Below are positions 26,001 through 42,638 of a DNA stretch of 64,000 bases, piece by piece; the stretch's first letter is position 1; each line of letters starts with the position of its first letter. A model generated the notes under the pieces. That model was not told where the DNA came from and did not search any database. It worked only from the letters and a program-made list of their open reading frames with translations. The translations under genes and the position numbers were made by a program. The DNA is from Moniliella sp. 'wahieum'. Taxonomy: Eukaryota. Where the stretch lies: NCBI GenBank assembly GCA_003971905.1, contig RSEE01000006.1:1054001-1118000 (forward strand), written 5' to 3'.

Positions 26001-26990
26001 TCAAGCGTCATCTTGGAGGAACCAGCCATACTTCTCCATTGCGCCCAATGACGTGAGAGCAGGTGGATAACCAAACGACGAGTGGCGCAGCGACCCGACC
26101 TGCGCCCAACGTTGGGCCAACGCGGAAATGTCATTGAAGAGGCGCCTGACGGGCTTGGGCATATGGTCCATGTGCTTGGAGGAAGGTCGCCAATCCCGAG
26201 AGGCAGTAAAGCGGCACGCCGAGCGAAACGTCCACCGCTGGTACGGATTTTGCACTACCCGGTAAACCTCGAGCCAATGGGTGCCCCCAGCCAAACACGC
26301 CTTCCCCATCCGGAGCAGGATGCGTCCATTCGTCCAGCGCAGGCGCAGCTGTCTCAATGATGGCAGCAAGTGCCAAGTAGCCTCCTGTAGAGTGACTGCC
26401 CGGGTCATGCCTACCCGACGAATGATGTCCTCTACCACTTCCCACGCCTGAGCACGGAACAGATCCATGGTGAACAGGTAGCCAAGAAAAAGAGTAGGTC
26501 CCAAAATGAGCCGTGCTTGTGCCAGTCGCTTACTGGGACCTTCGGCACTGGAGTCCCAGTCAACTGGCTCGGAGGTGACATGGTCCAGGTCATCCCAAAT
26601 GGTCTTGTATCGGGCCAGCAAATGCTCTACAATGTAGGCCTGTCGACCATTGCTCGGACGAAGGTGCGAGGGAGAAGCACCTTGCCAAGCAGGACCAATG
26701 TACGAGTCGTGGGCCCAGCCATTCAGACTCTCCGGCCCACCGTGATGAGGACCCGAAGTGGCCGCCAATAGCCAGTCCAGGATCTCATCCGCCTTACCTG
26801 GATCGGCCTGGACAGCAAGGATGATCTTGTCGGCAAGCTGAAGGGCGAGGTGGTACCCGGGCGGCTGCTGGCCAGCCGGGTGGGTGGAGTCGGCAAATGT
26901 ATCAGCAACGAGCTTGGCTAGGGCGTCTGGCTCCTGTCCAATTTCGCCCAATTGCTGAGAAAAGTCGGGCCCGAGGGTGAGGTTGGCCAT
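26001..26990 (-). CDS. Hypothetical protein (about 330 aa, helical-looking)
   Basis: Uninterrupted ORF from MANLTLGPDF with globular composition (LALQLADKIILAVQADPGKADEILDWLL). No family recognised. Confidence 0.6.
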   Translation of the reverse strand: MANLTLGPDFSQQLGEIGQEPDALAKLVADTFADSTHPAGQQPPGYHLALQLADKIILAVQADPGKADEILDWLLAATSGPHHGGPESLNGWAHDSYIGPAWQGASPSHLRPSNGRQAYIVEHLLARYKTIWDDLDHVTSEPVDWDSSAEGPSKRLAQARLILGPTLFLGYLFTMDLFRAQAWEVVEDIIRRVGMTRAVTLQEATWHLLPSLRQLRLRWTNGRILLRMGKACLAGGTHWLEVYRVVQNPYQRWTFRSACRFTASRDWRPSSKHMDHMPKPVRRLFNDISALAQRWAQVGSLRHSSFGYPPALTSLGAMEKYGWFLQDDA

Positions 26991-27883
26991 AGAGGAGGCG
27001 GATGAGGGAAGGGGAGTCGTGGTGGCGCGTTCAGAAAATGTGCGACGCCCAAGCTGCTTCCTGAGCAAAAACAAGCTGGGAGAGCAGGGGAAGACGCAAA
27101 GGACGTAGGTTTGAAAGGCCAGCTGAAGATAATCAGACCGATTACATCGACCAGCCAGCCGTTGAACGCGCGACTCGCTTGCGCCTACGAGAGGCACGGC
27201 GCCGGTGAGAGGGTGGTCCGTGCATAAGCTTGTACCCCTTTGGCCCCTGTCTCGGCCTCTTTGGTACGTGGCGAAGCAAAATCCCTCTATTAATCCAAGC
27301 ACCACCATATCCGGCCAGTATGGTGGTCTCCTCAGGCCTCACTTGTAGCTGGCCCTCGGCAAAAACACACCATCGTTGCTGTCACCGTCTGCGGTCTACA
27401 TGGAAAGCCAGCGCCCCGCGCCTCGTTACGCGTTATGGTTCGCACAGAACTGGAACGTGGGAGGGTCATTGTGTCGATCGTCCTTGTGCTGAATCATACT
27501 GAGACGAGAGTTTCGGGCGGAGTGTGGGCGCGGGCGTTGGTAGCAGCGCAACTCCGCAATCCAGTCCCCCTTCCATGCGCACATCTGCCCCTGCCTCTGG
27601 GGGGATGGCCCTTGAGCTAGCTTAGCTCCTTACCCCCTAATGGGTGCTGTACGGCGTGTCACCATTCTCCTCAGTCTTCTTAAAAGGAACCTTTAAAGCG
27701 CCTTCCCATGCTGGGTGTTGCCGGTGGTGAATACGTTGCTCATTCCACGGGGTAGATCGCAAGAAGATTGAATGTATGTACATTGATGCAAGGGTCTGGC
27801 AGGAAAACAAGATCAGACGAAAACAGTGGTCAGGATCACCACAGTCAAGCGAGTGGTCGTTGTTGACTGTGTTGCCGCCTCAA

Positions 27884-31931
<4,048 letters not shown>

Positions 31932-32236
31932 TGCAGGAGTCATGGGTGGTCTACAGCGCCCATGGGTTGAACGTTCTGCTTTTCGGCAGGAACACGCTTT
32001 CCGCCTTTAGTGCTGATTAAAACAAAAGGACCATCGCATTAAGCAGCGCCATCACTCGATCCAGCATAACTCAGACTATGGTGCCCAGTTCAGTAGGCAT
32101 ACCCGTTGAATAGGGTGGGGGGGGGAGGTGGAAACGCAGCTGGCAGGTGGTGGTGCGATAGAGACAATGGCATGCCATTGTCCGGCAGCCACGCCTGGTA
32201 GCCAATTGGCCCATGCGCAGGGCTTGGCCAGTATCG

Positions 32237-33034
32237 TTACTGGGTCAGTTCGGGGATCTCCTCGCCCTCCTGCTCCGCCCGCCATTCACGCAATGCCTCA
32301 ATCGTGATGGCGTGCAGTCCGTGTTCCTTGGCAAAAGCAAGGCAAGCGTCCCGAGCTGCAATCCCGCCATTCTCATCGGACGGATCGACCAATTCGCACA
32401 GCAAAGCGGCGGGCGGCTGACCCGTCGCAAGGCACAGATCTACCAGAGAGCGAAGAAGTCAGTAGGCACAAACGGCAGGATAAGGAAAACGACCTAAACG
32501 GGGTCAAACGCACCAATCGAGGCCTCGGTATGACCTTGGCGCACACGAGTGCCACCAGGGCGGTAGTAGAGCGGAACAAGGTGGCCCGGCCGGGTGAAGG
32601 CTTCAGGGCTGGGTTGCTCGGGCGCAGGAGGCAAGGAAGCGTGGGCGCCCTGGGCAAATCCCTTGGGTGGGTTGGGGTAAACATGCGCAGCTGTGGCGGC
32701 AAGCATTCGGGCGGTCAAGGCACGGTCATGGGCCGAGATACCGGTGGTGGTACCCTGGGCATAGTCGACCGTGACAGCGTAGGCAGTCTTGTTGCGATCG
32801 TGTGTTGTTGGTGACCATCGGCGGGATCTGGAGGGCATCAAGCACAGAGGGATGGCAGGGAGCGCAGATGTAGCCCGAAGTATGCTTGACAAAGAAGGCC
32901 ATTTGGGCCTGGGTAATGGTGGAGCCGGAGATGATAAGGTCGCCCTCGTTCTCACGGTCCTCGCGGTCGAGGACAACGAGGAACTCGCCACGGGCGAAAG
33001 CCTGGAGAGCGTCGGGGATGGAACTGAAGGACAT
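32237..33034 (-). CDS. RIB3: 3,4-dihydroxy-2-butanone-4-phosphate synthase (riboflavin synthesis)
   Basis: [84 protein letters not shown]. Confidence 0.96.
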
Positions 33035-35677
33035 GGGGAGGGATGGGGGAGGGAGCAGCGGGTGGAGGAGGGAGGAAGAAAAACAACGACAACGAAGGGA
33101 ACGTGTGATGGGCTGAGAGCGGGAAGTGGAGATGTGGATGGCCAGGGGTTAAATGGAGCAGCCAGGAGCAGGCAGAAGCGTCCAGGAGCGTCCCAGAGCG
33201 GCAGAAACCAGGAGTTGGCGGCGGTGGGTTGGCGTCCAAAATTGCGTGCCTAGCTGGGATGGGGGCTGGCAGAGCGCTGGCCTGGTGCGGGCCTGGGCCC
33301 AGCGCGAACACGGGGCCGGTGTACCCTGGTGTCGGTGTATTCGGATCGGGTGGCTGTCACCCAGCGGGAAATGATGCAAATGATTGATGATGATCGATTG
33401 GATGAGATCCCATCTTGTCGACGAACGCCGCAGGCCCTCCTCAGGCCTCAGCCTCAGCCCAGACCGACTCCCCCTGGTGCCCGAAACCCAGGACTCAGGC
33501 GCCAGGGCCTGCGACCCGGTCAGTTCTGAGTCTCAGTACTGCGAAACGCAGTACTCGGGTACTCGGGCCCAGTGACGCAGACGGTGAATACCGGATGGGC
33601 CAAGAAGACGACCAGAAGAAGATTTGTGGTGTCGCGTGTGATGAGAAACACTGCCCATGCATATCACCTCGGCACGCGGCCGCACCCAGCCGTCCTCACG
33701 CGGGACGTCACGCGTGGGCTACTGGTCTGCTCCCGTTTGCACCGATCCGCGCTCAGTGTGGGCCTGGCATGCATGACAGGTCGCAGGCGGGCGGTAGCAT
33801 TGAAAGTTTGATTTCCATGCCGGCAGCCTGCTTGGCCAGTCCGTCACGCGTCACGCATCATGCATCATGCTCGCTATACGCCTTGAAAAACGACCCCCAG
33901 GGACAAAGTGATGCGCGCTCGGTTGCTCGCATTGCCTCTGTCAGCTGCCACCATCTGATACAATGTTGCCACGGACGAGACTGGAGTGTGGGGTGCTCTC
34001 CTCCCCTGGTAGGTGATGAGCCTCATCGCATAGGCGCTGCCCTGCTCGCGGAAGCAGCGTTGATTCGGTGACGCGAGCGACAGATGTGGTGCATGCTGCC
34101 CTGTTGATCGTCATGATATTGAAGATCTCTCACTCTGGAGATCAAAAGAGGCATCATGCATCACGCGGGGTTGTGAAGAAGGTAGACGGGGGGAATGGCA
34201 AAACTACATTCGGCTTTGATCAGTTTATGGCACGGCTCCTATGTCGCACGTCCAGCCCTCAGTAGTATACCTCAGCAAAGCCTTGATCACCATTGCACTC
34301 AGCATGCGTGTGGCTGTGGACGACTACCTCCGTTGACCTGTCCGCCCATGTATACGCGGAGACGAGACTCTCGATGCCGTGACGGTATTATCTTACTTTA
34401 TCGGACCGTCTCCTCAAAGTGGGCGCTACCGTGGGGTCAAAGAGCCCTTCAGTGAGATGTAGATATTAAGCTGTGGGACCCGCGGGGCGCATCATCCCCG
34501 CTCCCGGCTGGTGGCCACAATAGTGAGAGCGCAACTGTTGGCATGCATGCACTGTCAAGAAGCACCGGGTGAGTGGATCGGTAACCCAAGAATATAAAAT
34601 GTGACCCCCTGTTCATCACCAACTCAACAAGAAGACGAGAAACATACTGGGTGGTCATTCGGGTTGTTTCGTGGGTGGCGAACGTGTTCGAGCCGTCAGC
34701 AGTGGATTTGACCCTATCCTCCCTCAAAGGGCGTGGAGGATGACTCCGTCCTGTGATCTTCAGTACCTCCTCCGAGCGGGGGGACACTTTGCTCTCCGGG
34801 TGCTGAGCAAGACATTTTTGCCTCTCAGCACAACGCTGACACTGCGGCGGGTGTCGCGCCTGGTGTTGTAGACACCGGTAAGCCCAATTGTCCCTCGTGG
34901 CATAGCGGGGCTTCGAGTGGCTGTTGAGCACGACGAAGGCATCTGGAGCGACGCAGAGGGCAACACGATTGTTGAGACACCAAGTCTCAAGAACGACTGA
35001 CCAATCACTGAGTGAGTATTGATTCTAGTATCAAGTCGAACGAAAGAGAAACGGAAAAGGGCGAAGTGGTAGCGATGAGAAAAGGAAAGGACACACGCGG
35101 GAAAGCGAGAGGGAGAGAACTGATTGCGGCGCGCGCGGGAGGGTGGCTTGGCTATAACTATCCTCTATCACGCCTCGCGTGGCAACACATCCCTTGTCTG
35201 TCTGGTGCGACCGTTACTCTTTGCGCCGAGGAAGAAAAAAGGTCCTCAGGCTGAGGCCTCTCAGATCTCAGGCCTCATCGATCGTTGAGATAATCGCCCC
35301 CTCTCAATCAGATGGCCCCGACTGTCAGAAAAAATAGCTAGGGACGAGCTAATCTACGGAGAGGAGGCTGTCAGTGAAAACGTCGAAGAGGGCGGTGTAG
35401 GATGTGAAGTCATGCATCATATGTGCATCATCATGTGTGAGGGTTGATTTAGGTTCATTCATGAGCATCATGAACTTCGTGCTCGCGATCAGCGCGCTGA
35501 CTAGCTCTTTCCGTCAGTCGGGGCTATCTGATTCAGTTGCTCACGGTGCAGTAGTGTGGCTTGCCCAGCGAAAAAATGGGAGATGATGATCTCGATCATC
35601 TCGATCATCGATCGAGAGTTATATTCACCGCAATATTGTACAACTTCTCTAGTATACTATCTTCATGCTTCATAAAA

Positions 35678-35744
35678 AGTAATAGTAATAGCACTAACAG
35701 CAGCAGCAGAAGCAGCAGCATCAGTAGCATCAGTAGCATCAGTG
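35678..35744. repeat. AGT/AGC trinucleotide and AGCATCAGT microsatellite
   Basis: agtaatagtaatagcactaacagcagcagcagaagcagcagcatcagtagcatcagtagcatcagt. Confidence 0.7.
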
Positions 35745-36280
35745 GCTTTGGAGAACAGATCAACGAGATGGGGCAGCTTATACTATCTAGGATCGCTACA
35801 CACCGGGCCGGATTCCCGGTGCTGAAGAGAAAGGGGGGGGGGGCGTCGTACATATTTGACTCCGCGCGGGCCGCCTCAGGCCTGTGATGCGTGCCGTTAT
35901 TTTCCCGCTTCTGCTTTCCTTGCTTCGTCCGCAGTCTATGTGGTGCCGACTGGCTGCTTGAGGTCCCTCTTGTCGGTTTAGGCGCAGCGTTTCTTTGTCC
36001 CAGCCTTAAGCTCGGTCAATGATATGGTTGCAGTATAGAGACAACCGAGTAACCACACACTGCCTACTGTTGGGTATTGTGCTATGTGATAACAATAAAA
36101 ACGCTCACGCTTCCCCATCACAACGGTAGGAGCGCGTTTGCACAGTATTGTTGGCACGTATTAAAGTCTCGGATGGAGACTGGCTTCCACTCCCTTACCA
36201 ATTGAAGAGATGAGGCACTATAGCGGTTGTCTGAACCAATGGGAGACATGATGGAGACGATGGCACGTGCTATGCGATAT

Positions 36281-36690
36281 GATAAAATGCGGTTTCGAAG
36301 GGGGAGGATTCATACGGTGGGGGTGGGGGGTGGGGGGGTAGCGGGACCGGTTTCAGAGAAGGGGAGATAGAGGGTAGCCACAAAAAACGGGACGCATGGG
36401 AAAAGGGGTAGAATAATGCGGTTTCGAAGAGAGACAGAGGACACGGGAGGGGGGGGCGTAGCGGGGGACCGGCTCCAGAGAATAAGGGGTGGGGATGGAG
36501 GGTCGTAGGGGGCGTCATGGAGCCACAAAACACGGGGAAGAAGGGAAAAGGGTCGGATAATGCAGCGTCGAGGGGGACACGCGGAGGGAGGGGGGTGGCG
36601 GGGCCGGCTCCTGAAGGGGAGAGATGGAGAGTCGTAGAGAAAATCTTGGAGCCGCATAAAACAGGTAATAATAAGGGAAAGAAAGAAACG
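36281..36690. repeat. Degenerate purine-rich tandem repeat, 3 units of about 130-145 bp
   Basis: Anchors recur in order: ATAATGCGGTTTCGAAG-like at 36281, 36411 and 36555; GCGGGACCGGYTYCAGAGAA-like at 36341, 36461 and 36598; AGCCACAAAA.ACGGG-like at 36376, 36521 and 36650. Confidence 0.75.
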
Positions 36691-36864
36691 CGCGAACAGT
36701 TCGAGATATGCCCCAAAGACAAAACAGGAATCGAAAATGCATCCACTCCTTCTCGGCTGTGATGGAGCAGCTAAGAAGGAGGAAGGGGAGGAGCAGCATT
36801 CGAGGAATGCGCTCCCAGGCCACCATTTAGTCCCCAAAAAATAAAAAGCTGCCATTGTTGACGG

Positions 36865-39205
36865 TCATTGTTGTAGGTCCACTCTTCTCCAGGCGAACCT
36901 AGAGCCGTCTTGGTATAGCGGGCGAACACAGTCTTGTCGTAAGAAAGGCACCAAACGTCGTGTGTTGGTGACCTCTTCGTCGGCGAGTTCGTGGTGGCCA
37001 CACGTTTGTCCCACCATTTCCTTAGGGATAAATACGCAGAGGTGTACGACTGATGCCGGGGCCATGAGCCCGGCTAACTTGTGGTTTGGGGTATTGTGTT
37101 GGGTTTGCAGCCAGCAGCTGTGGCCTTCTCCATTCGGAAGAACTGCTTGATATGAACTGGCGCAGGGATTGGTGAGATGCAGGTGTCGTATGGGGAGACA
37201 AGAATCGATCCGAATCAGTGGTGAAGGACCACCACGGGCGTGAATGCAAAAGGAGAGGCAAGGCGAGGTGCAAACCGAAGCCGTATGAAACAGAGGGTCA
37301 AAAGTGGCGGGATGTGGGGTGACATCGATCGACAAAGAAAAGCATGGAAAGCACATATACTGGAAACTTCAGGTAACCAACGAAACAAGTTGCCGGTGGC
37401 GCTGCACTAAAACGCGGGGAAGAGTAGAGTGTTAGTGCAATCCAGAAGGTGAGAGAAACCGGCACAAGTAGAAGGCACGTACCATATTCACCTCGGTGAA
37501 AGGGGAGGGAGCGGGAGGGGGGGGGGGCGACTGGAGAGGGGAGAGGGGTCTCATTCGCGGCCAAAAACGGCGACAAAACATTCGTTCCATTCACTCTCCG
37601 TAAGGGGATCAGGGGAAGGAGGTCTGTTCCCTCTCCAGTAGCATCCCAGCCTTCAGCCTCTGTTCCAAGGCCAACACTGCTGAGGTCACAGTACGGGAGG
37701 GAGAAATATGGTGACTGGCTAGAACAAGTCCGACCGCTTAAGCAGTGAGGTGGGACGAGGATGGTGGGAGGTGATGCGACCCAGAGATGTAACCAACGGG
37801 GGAGGAGCGGATTCGTCATCCCGTGGAACCTCGGTGATGGTTTCGAGGCTCCTCATTACATATCGGCAGTCGGATTGCTAACCACGGGTGCCTGGGGCCC
37901 GTATGAGGCCAAGGGGGGGAAGTTGGAGTCTCTTGAGGTGACATGGGGGCAGCGAGCACCTCCTTCGTCGTCGCTGCGTTCTTCCTCCGGTCGGACGTGC
38001 CGTGGTTGTAGCACGCTTGGGGCGAGGGGGGTGTGCTAGTGGCCCGGGGGTACTGGCTGGAGTTGCTTTTTTGCGAGGACCGAGGAGTCCGAGGTTGGGT
38101 GTATTGGGTTGCAGTTGACTTGGAGGGGGGGAGAGAGTCATCTGAACCGACGACGTACACGTGGGGTGCCTACGACCACGCGCCCTCTTGGCTGGTGCAT
38201 GCAACTCATCCCCATCCTCGACCGCGGTAGCTGGACGTTTCTTGGTGGCGCAGGTGGGCGGGGGAGGAGCCGCGGTAGTGCTCCTGTTTTGGGTACCCAC
38301 TTGCACAGGAGCTGGACCCGCATCGGCAGCAGCAGCCATTGACGGGGAGCCATCAGAAATGGCTTGGCCTGGTTCCTGCTGGACATGTGCTGCCGTAGTG
38401 GGTGCTCCAGTGCTCGCAACACCTCCAAATTGGTATTGCTGGGCTACCGGACCATCGCGGGGAGGCATATGCTGGCAGTCGGACGCCATCGGGCGGTAGG
38501 CAGTTGCCATCGGCTGCGACGCGCTGGGTGCATCCTGGAGGAGAAGGGGCGTTGCCAGCCCGCAGTGGGCATACCACGCACCGGATCCGTTAGAGCATGT
38601 TTGGGATTGTACCCCGTTTTGCCGCCCCAAACGGAGGCGCCTCTTTTGCTGGGTCACAGTGGGGACGGGAAGACGGTCCAGAACGCCGGAAAGAAAATCG
38701 CGGAGGAGGATCAAGCCGGCCATATCTTCGGTAATCTCGCGGATGGTCATCACATCTTTGATGACGTCCACCAGCATCTCTTCGAAGCCGCTTAGCATAA
38801 AGTAACCATCACCGACGTGAGCGATGGACTAGCACCACTAAGAGGGTTTGGCCCGTGTTGGACGGTAGTGATGATGTAGGACCAGCAGTAAGAAACCGTG
38901 GACGACAAGCAATCCGCCGTGGCACCGAATACGCGTAATCGAGAGCCGACGTGAGCTGAGGAACGCTAGTGGAGGCGTAGGGCTGCTGCGCCAGCGGCGG
39001 CCCATGCTGCAGAGGGGATGAGTGGGTGGCGTAATAGTAGGGCTCCTGCTGTGATGATTCTTGCGCTAGCGGCGGGCCGCGCTGCTGGTGGGCGGCCATG
39101 GCGGGAGCAGCAGGATGCTGGAGGTGAGGTCCGGCGTGGTTCATAGCGCGAGGTGGTGGAGGGAGGGTAGGGGCGAGGCGAGGAGGGCGGCCACGAGGGG
39201 GGCAT
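36865..39205 (-). CDS. Hypothetical spliced gene (lineage-specific; frameshifted; ends uncertain)
   Basis: Successive minus-strand ORFs: MPPSWPP.., MNHAGPHLQ.., FMLSGFEEMLVDVIKDVMTIREITEDMAGLILLRDFLSGVLDRL, and an NLS-like KKRP..PAKRARGRR. Canonical intron GTACGT..CACTAAC..TTTAG at 37407-37482. Confidence 0.5.
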
Positions 39206-39276
39206 TTGTATGAACAAAGCGAGCTATAAGTAAAACGAGGGGGGCATTTGTATGAACAAGCGAGCTATAAGTAAAA
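39193..39276. repeat. Near-perfect 42-bp tandem duplication
   Basis: ACGAGGGGGGCATTTGTATGAACAA(A)GCGAGCTATAAGTAAA x2. Confidence 0.9.
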
Positions 39277-40916
39277 ATGGCCAAGGCAAGAGAAATGCAA
39301 AATGATTTCCGAGAGACGACCCCAGGTGCTATGTCTCATCTCCGGTGATGGATACTGGATAAGACAGTAAAATGGATGATGCAGCGTCGATGGCCACACT
39401 TGCAGGATGCTGGCAAAGCGGCTGCAGCCGGGGGGGAGTATTTCTCGTTAAAATACCGCTTGATACGAGCAGACGTGCCACACCAGAGCCCCCACTTCGC
39501 GTTGAACGTCTAAGCACGCTCGTTCCTCTCCGCACGCTCGTCTAATCTCCGCACGCTCGTAGTCTTTGATTGCTCCGAAGGGTGTGCCATTATGCCATGG
39601 GCCTAGCTAGCGATGTTGGCGATGGGGAATGGAAAAAGGCCCAGAGCTTTAAAAGGAGAGCTAGACTATAATATGGGCCGCGATAGATTACAATATGACT
39701 GCTGCCTCTCTTTTTCGGGGTTCTCCATGTGGACGGACAAGGCGCTCGTTTCAGGAAGGCCTTCCCCGGTGTGAAGGAAAGAATTGTTACAGCCCTCTGT
39801 ACTATATATACTGCTTTGTGGCTATAACATTCTGGAGAGGAGACACCGGGAGATGAAGTTCATCTGTCCGCCTTTTTGTCCTAGCAAAGGAGATGCTTAC
39901 CTGCCTGTTACTCATGCGTCACACTGGATGATGCGGTGTGGATGGCTCCTAGGGCACCCTCCGGCCGCAGATCACGACTCACACTGACATGTGACGGAGG
40001 GGTGATGGCGCTTCAGGATGGACGACCTGGCCACGTGATCACGCTGACACAGCGGGGTACAACCACCTATGGGTCGGCCACGGCCGGCCATCGCCAGCGG
40101 TAACGGTAACTATAAAATGCACTCCGAGCAAGGGGTGCGACATGTGACGTCATGTGCTGCGCGTGCCTCGACCAGCGGGGGGGACCTGACATGGTGCTGC
40201 GCCTGGGCTACCGGTTACGCCTCAACCTCATCCTCAACGTTCCAGTTGGGAGTCTCAACGTTCAACCAACGCTGAGCTCCGATGGGGCGTAGAGTGCTGG
40301 GGTGTGCGGGTAGGTGCTGGCTCGTCTCCCCTCTTCTGGCCCTTCGCTACGTCTTGCAGACGCGGCCACTCGATCTTGCGTCCCACCTGTGCGTGCTTGG
40401 GTGGGGGCAGTCCACAGCTCCTCTTAGCCCTTTCTGTCACCATGTCATCTGGTAGTGCGCCGAGGCAGTCGCCTGAGGCCTGACGGCCTGACCTTCCAGC
40501 CAGGCTGATCTCTGATCTCCGATGTCTAGCTCAATACTCAGTAACTCAGTACCAATCCAGGCGGAAGCCCCTGCAGCTAGTGTCGCGGTCCGAGATCCTG
40601 TGCTGGCCGCGGCTACGTACCCTCCACGGGGCGGACCCTGGCGTCTGCCTGTGGCGCCCCACGCCGACCTACGCCGACGCCGTGCCCACGACACAGCGAT
40701 AGCCATCGCACGAGCGCAAGCGCGCCCCCCACTCTCTGTATAAGCTTTGTCTGTTGTCTGGTACAGCGCCCGTCGGCCACCAGGTTCAGTCAGCCCCCCC
40801 TCTTAGTCTCTCGCGCCCCGTCCGTCCACCAGCACCATCTCCATTCTCACCTTCACCATCTTATTCGCCTGTCTGCCTCGCTTTCCACCAATCCGCGCGT
40901 CTCCCTCGACGACGTC

Positions 40917-42638
40917 ATGGCCCACCACCGCCTCTTGCACCGTCTCTCCCGCGACTTGTCCCAGGCACAGACGCCCTTGGGCACTCTTACCCCCGCCGAC
41001 AGCACCCATGTCGCCGAGGAGGGCGATCGGCCTTTGCTCTCCTCGTCCACCAGCTCTCCTGCGTTGCATCGTGGTGTTCTGAGCAGGAGCACGAGCCGCG
41101 AGTCCGTTGCCAGTTCCCTCTATTCGGGCAAGCAGTCGCCCTTGCCCCATAGCCCCATGCCCCGCTCCAAACCGCTCCGTCCGGTCATTCACTTTCCGCC
41201 GGGATTTGAGCTGGTCAACAACTCCTACACCCCCTCCCCCTCGGTCCTGAGCCTGGCCACATCTAGTTCACGCAACCAATCGGCCGAGACGCTGGTCCCC
41301 CCCACCTCGTCACCTACGGGACTACCTGCTGCGCTGCCCGATGTCCCAGACGCCCCAGCTACCTCTCCTCCCGTCCGTGCTCACCTTCTACCCTCCGGGG
41401 AAGCGGCTGCACCGACAGGGAAAAGAGACATCCGGCCTCGGTTTTGGAACAAGTCGCGCGGCCTTTGACGCCAGTCCCGGTCGGTGGGAGTGCACTGGGG
41501 CGGGTGGAAGAGACAGTGCCCACTACGCCGAGCTTGAATCTGGATCTATCTTCTGCTCCTGATTTCCTCTCGGCTGCTGTGCCGGCGGGGGGAGCAGGCC
41601 AAGGAGCACAAGCAACGCGACCGCATCGGCCCTTGTCGCCTTCCACCAGCACACCCTGCACGGAGGATGCGCCCCCACCCTGGGACGGTGCGCAAATGCA
41701 CCCCGCCGATGCATATCCCATTGTTGGGGGCGAGACTGGTCCATCTACAGCCCTTCCCTGCGTTCACGAAACGGGTCTCCTACCCGCTCCGGCCCCGGCT
41801 CCCGCGCCAGTTCCCGAGGCCGGAATCGCAGTGGCAGCGACGCCTCTGCCATCGCGCCCGGGGCCAACGTGCTAAGGAAGGCGAGCCGGAAAGCGTCGCG
41901 CTTTGTCAGGCGCCACACTGCCTCCTCTTCCACCAGCCCACCACTTCGACGAGGGCAAACAACTGGGACGCTGCAGTTGGGTTTGATACCATGCCGGACG
42001 GTCTGAATACGGTGAGCGAGACGTTTTCGTTTACGTTGCAGTGCAAGACCAAGCAGTCCCGACGTAGCAAAATTCGCGTCTGTTCATGTGTGGCTGTGAC
42101 GCGACGCCTCACTCGTACTCGGCGTTATCTTGGCTTATGGACCATCTCGTCGAAGATGGGGATGAGGTGGTGGCGGTCCGTGTGATTGGGGGGAGAAGGA
42201 GGAGCTGGACCAGGATGCGATCCGGGAGCAAGCGTACGATCTGTTGGAACATATTGCCGACTTGAACGACGATGTTCCTGGACGAAACGTGCGTACCGAG
42301 CTTGGGCTCCTTTGTACTCCTAACCCTTTTGTTCGCCCGCCCAATCAGGCAGAGATGCGTTCCTGCACTGACGATCAACTAACGCCAAAACCCTTCTCTT
42401 TTCCCTCCAGATTTCGATTGTGGTCGAGATTATTCATGGCCACCCGACCTCGACCATCTTGCGCATGATCCAAACCTACCGCCCCAACAGTTTGGTCGTG
42501 GGTACTCGCGGTAAGCCGTCGCATCGCCTCCAACGTCTCTTTGGCTCTTCGCCCATGATCAGCCATGTTTCCCGCGACACGCTGCAGCGCTCTCCTGTGC
42601 CCGTTGTCGTGGTCCGACCAGAGATGATGGCGCAATAA
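40917..42638 (+). CDS. Universal stress protein (Usp) domain protein with a long disordered N-terminus
   Basis: VGFDTM..FSFTLQCK; FMCGCD..SYSALSWLMDHLVEDGDEVVAVRV; ISIVVEIIHG..IQTYRPNSLVVGTRG..VSRDTLQRSPVPVVVVRP; one intron at about 42289-42410. Confidence 0.88.

Noticed and set aside
36281..36690. CRISPR-like repeat-spacer array
   Set aside because: Eukaryotic DNA, units are degenerate along their whole length, and no cas genes are present.
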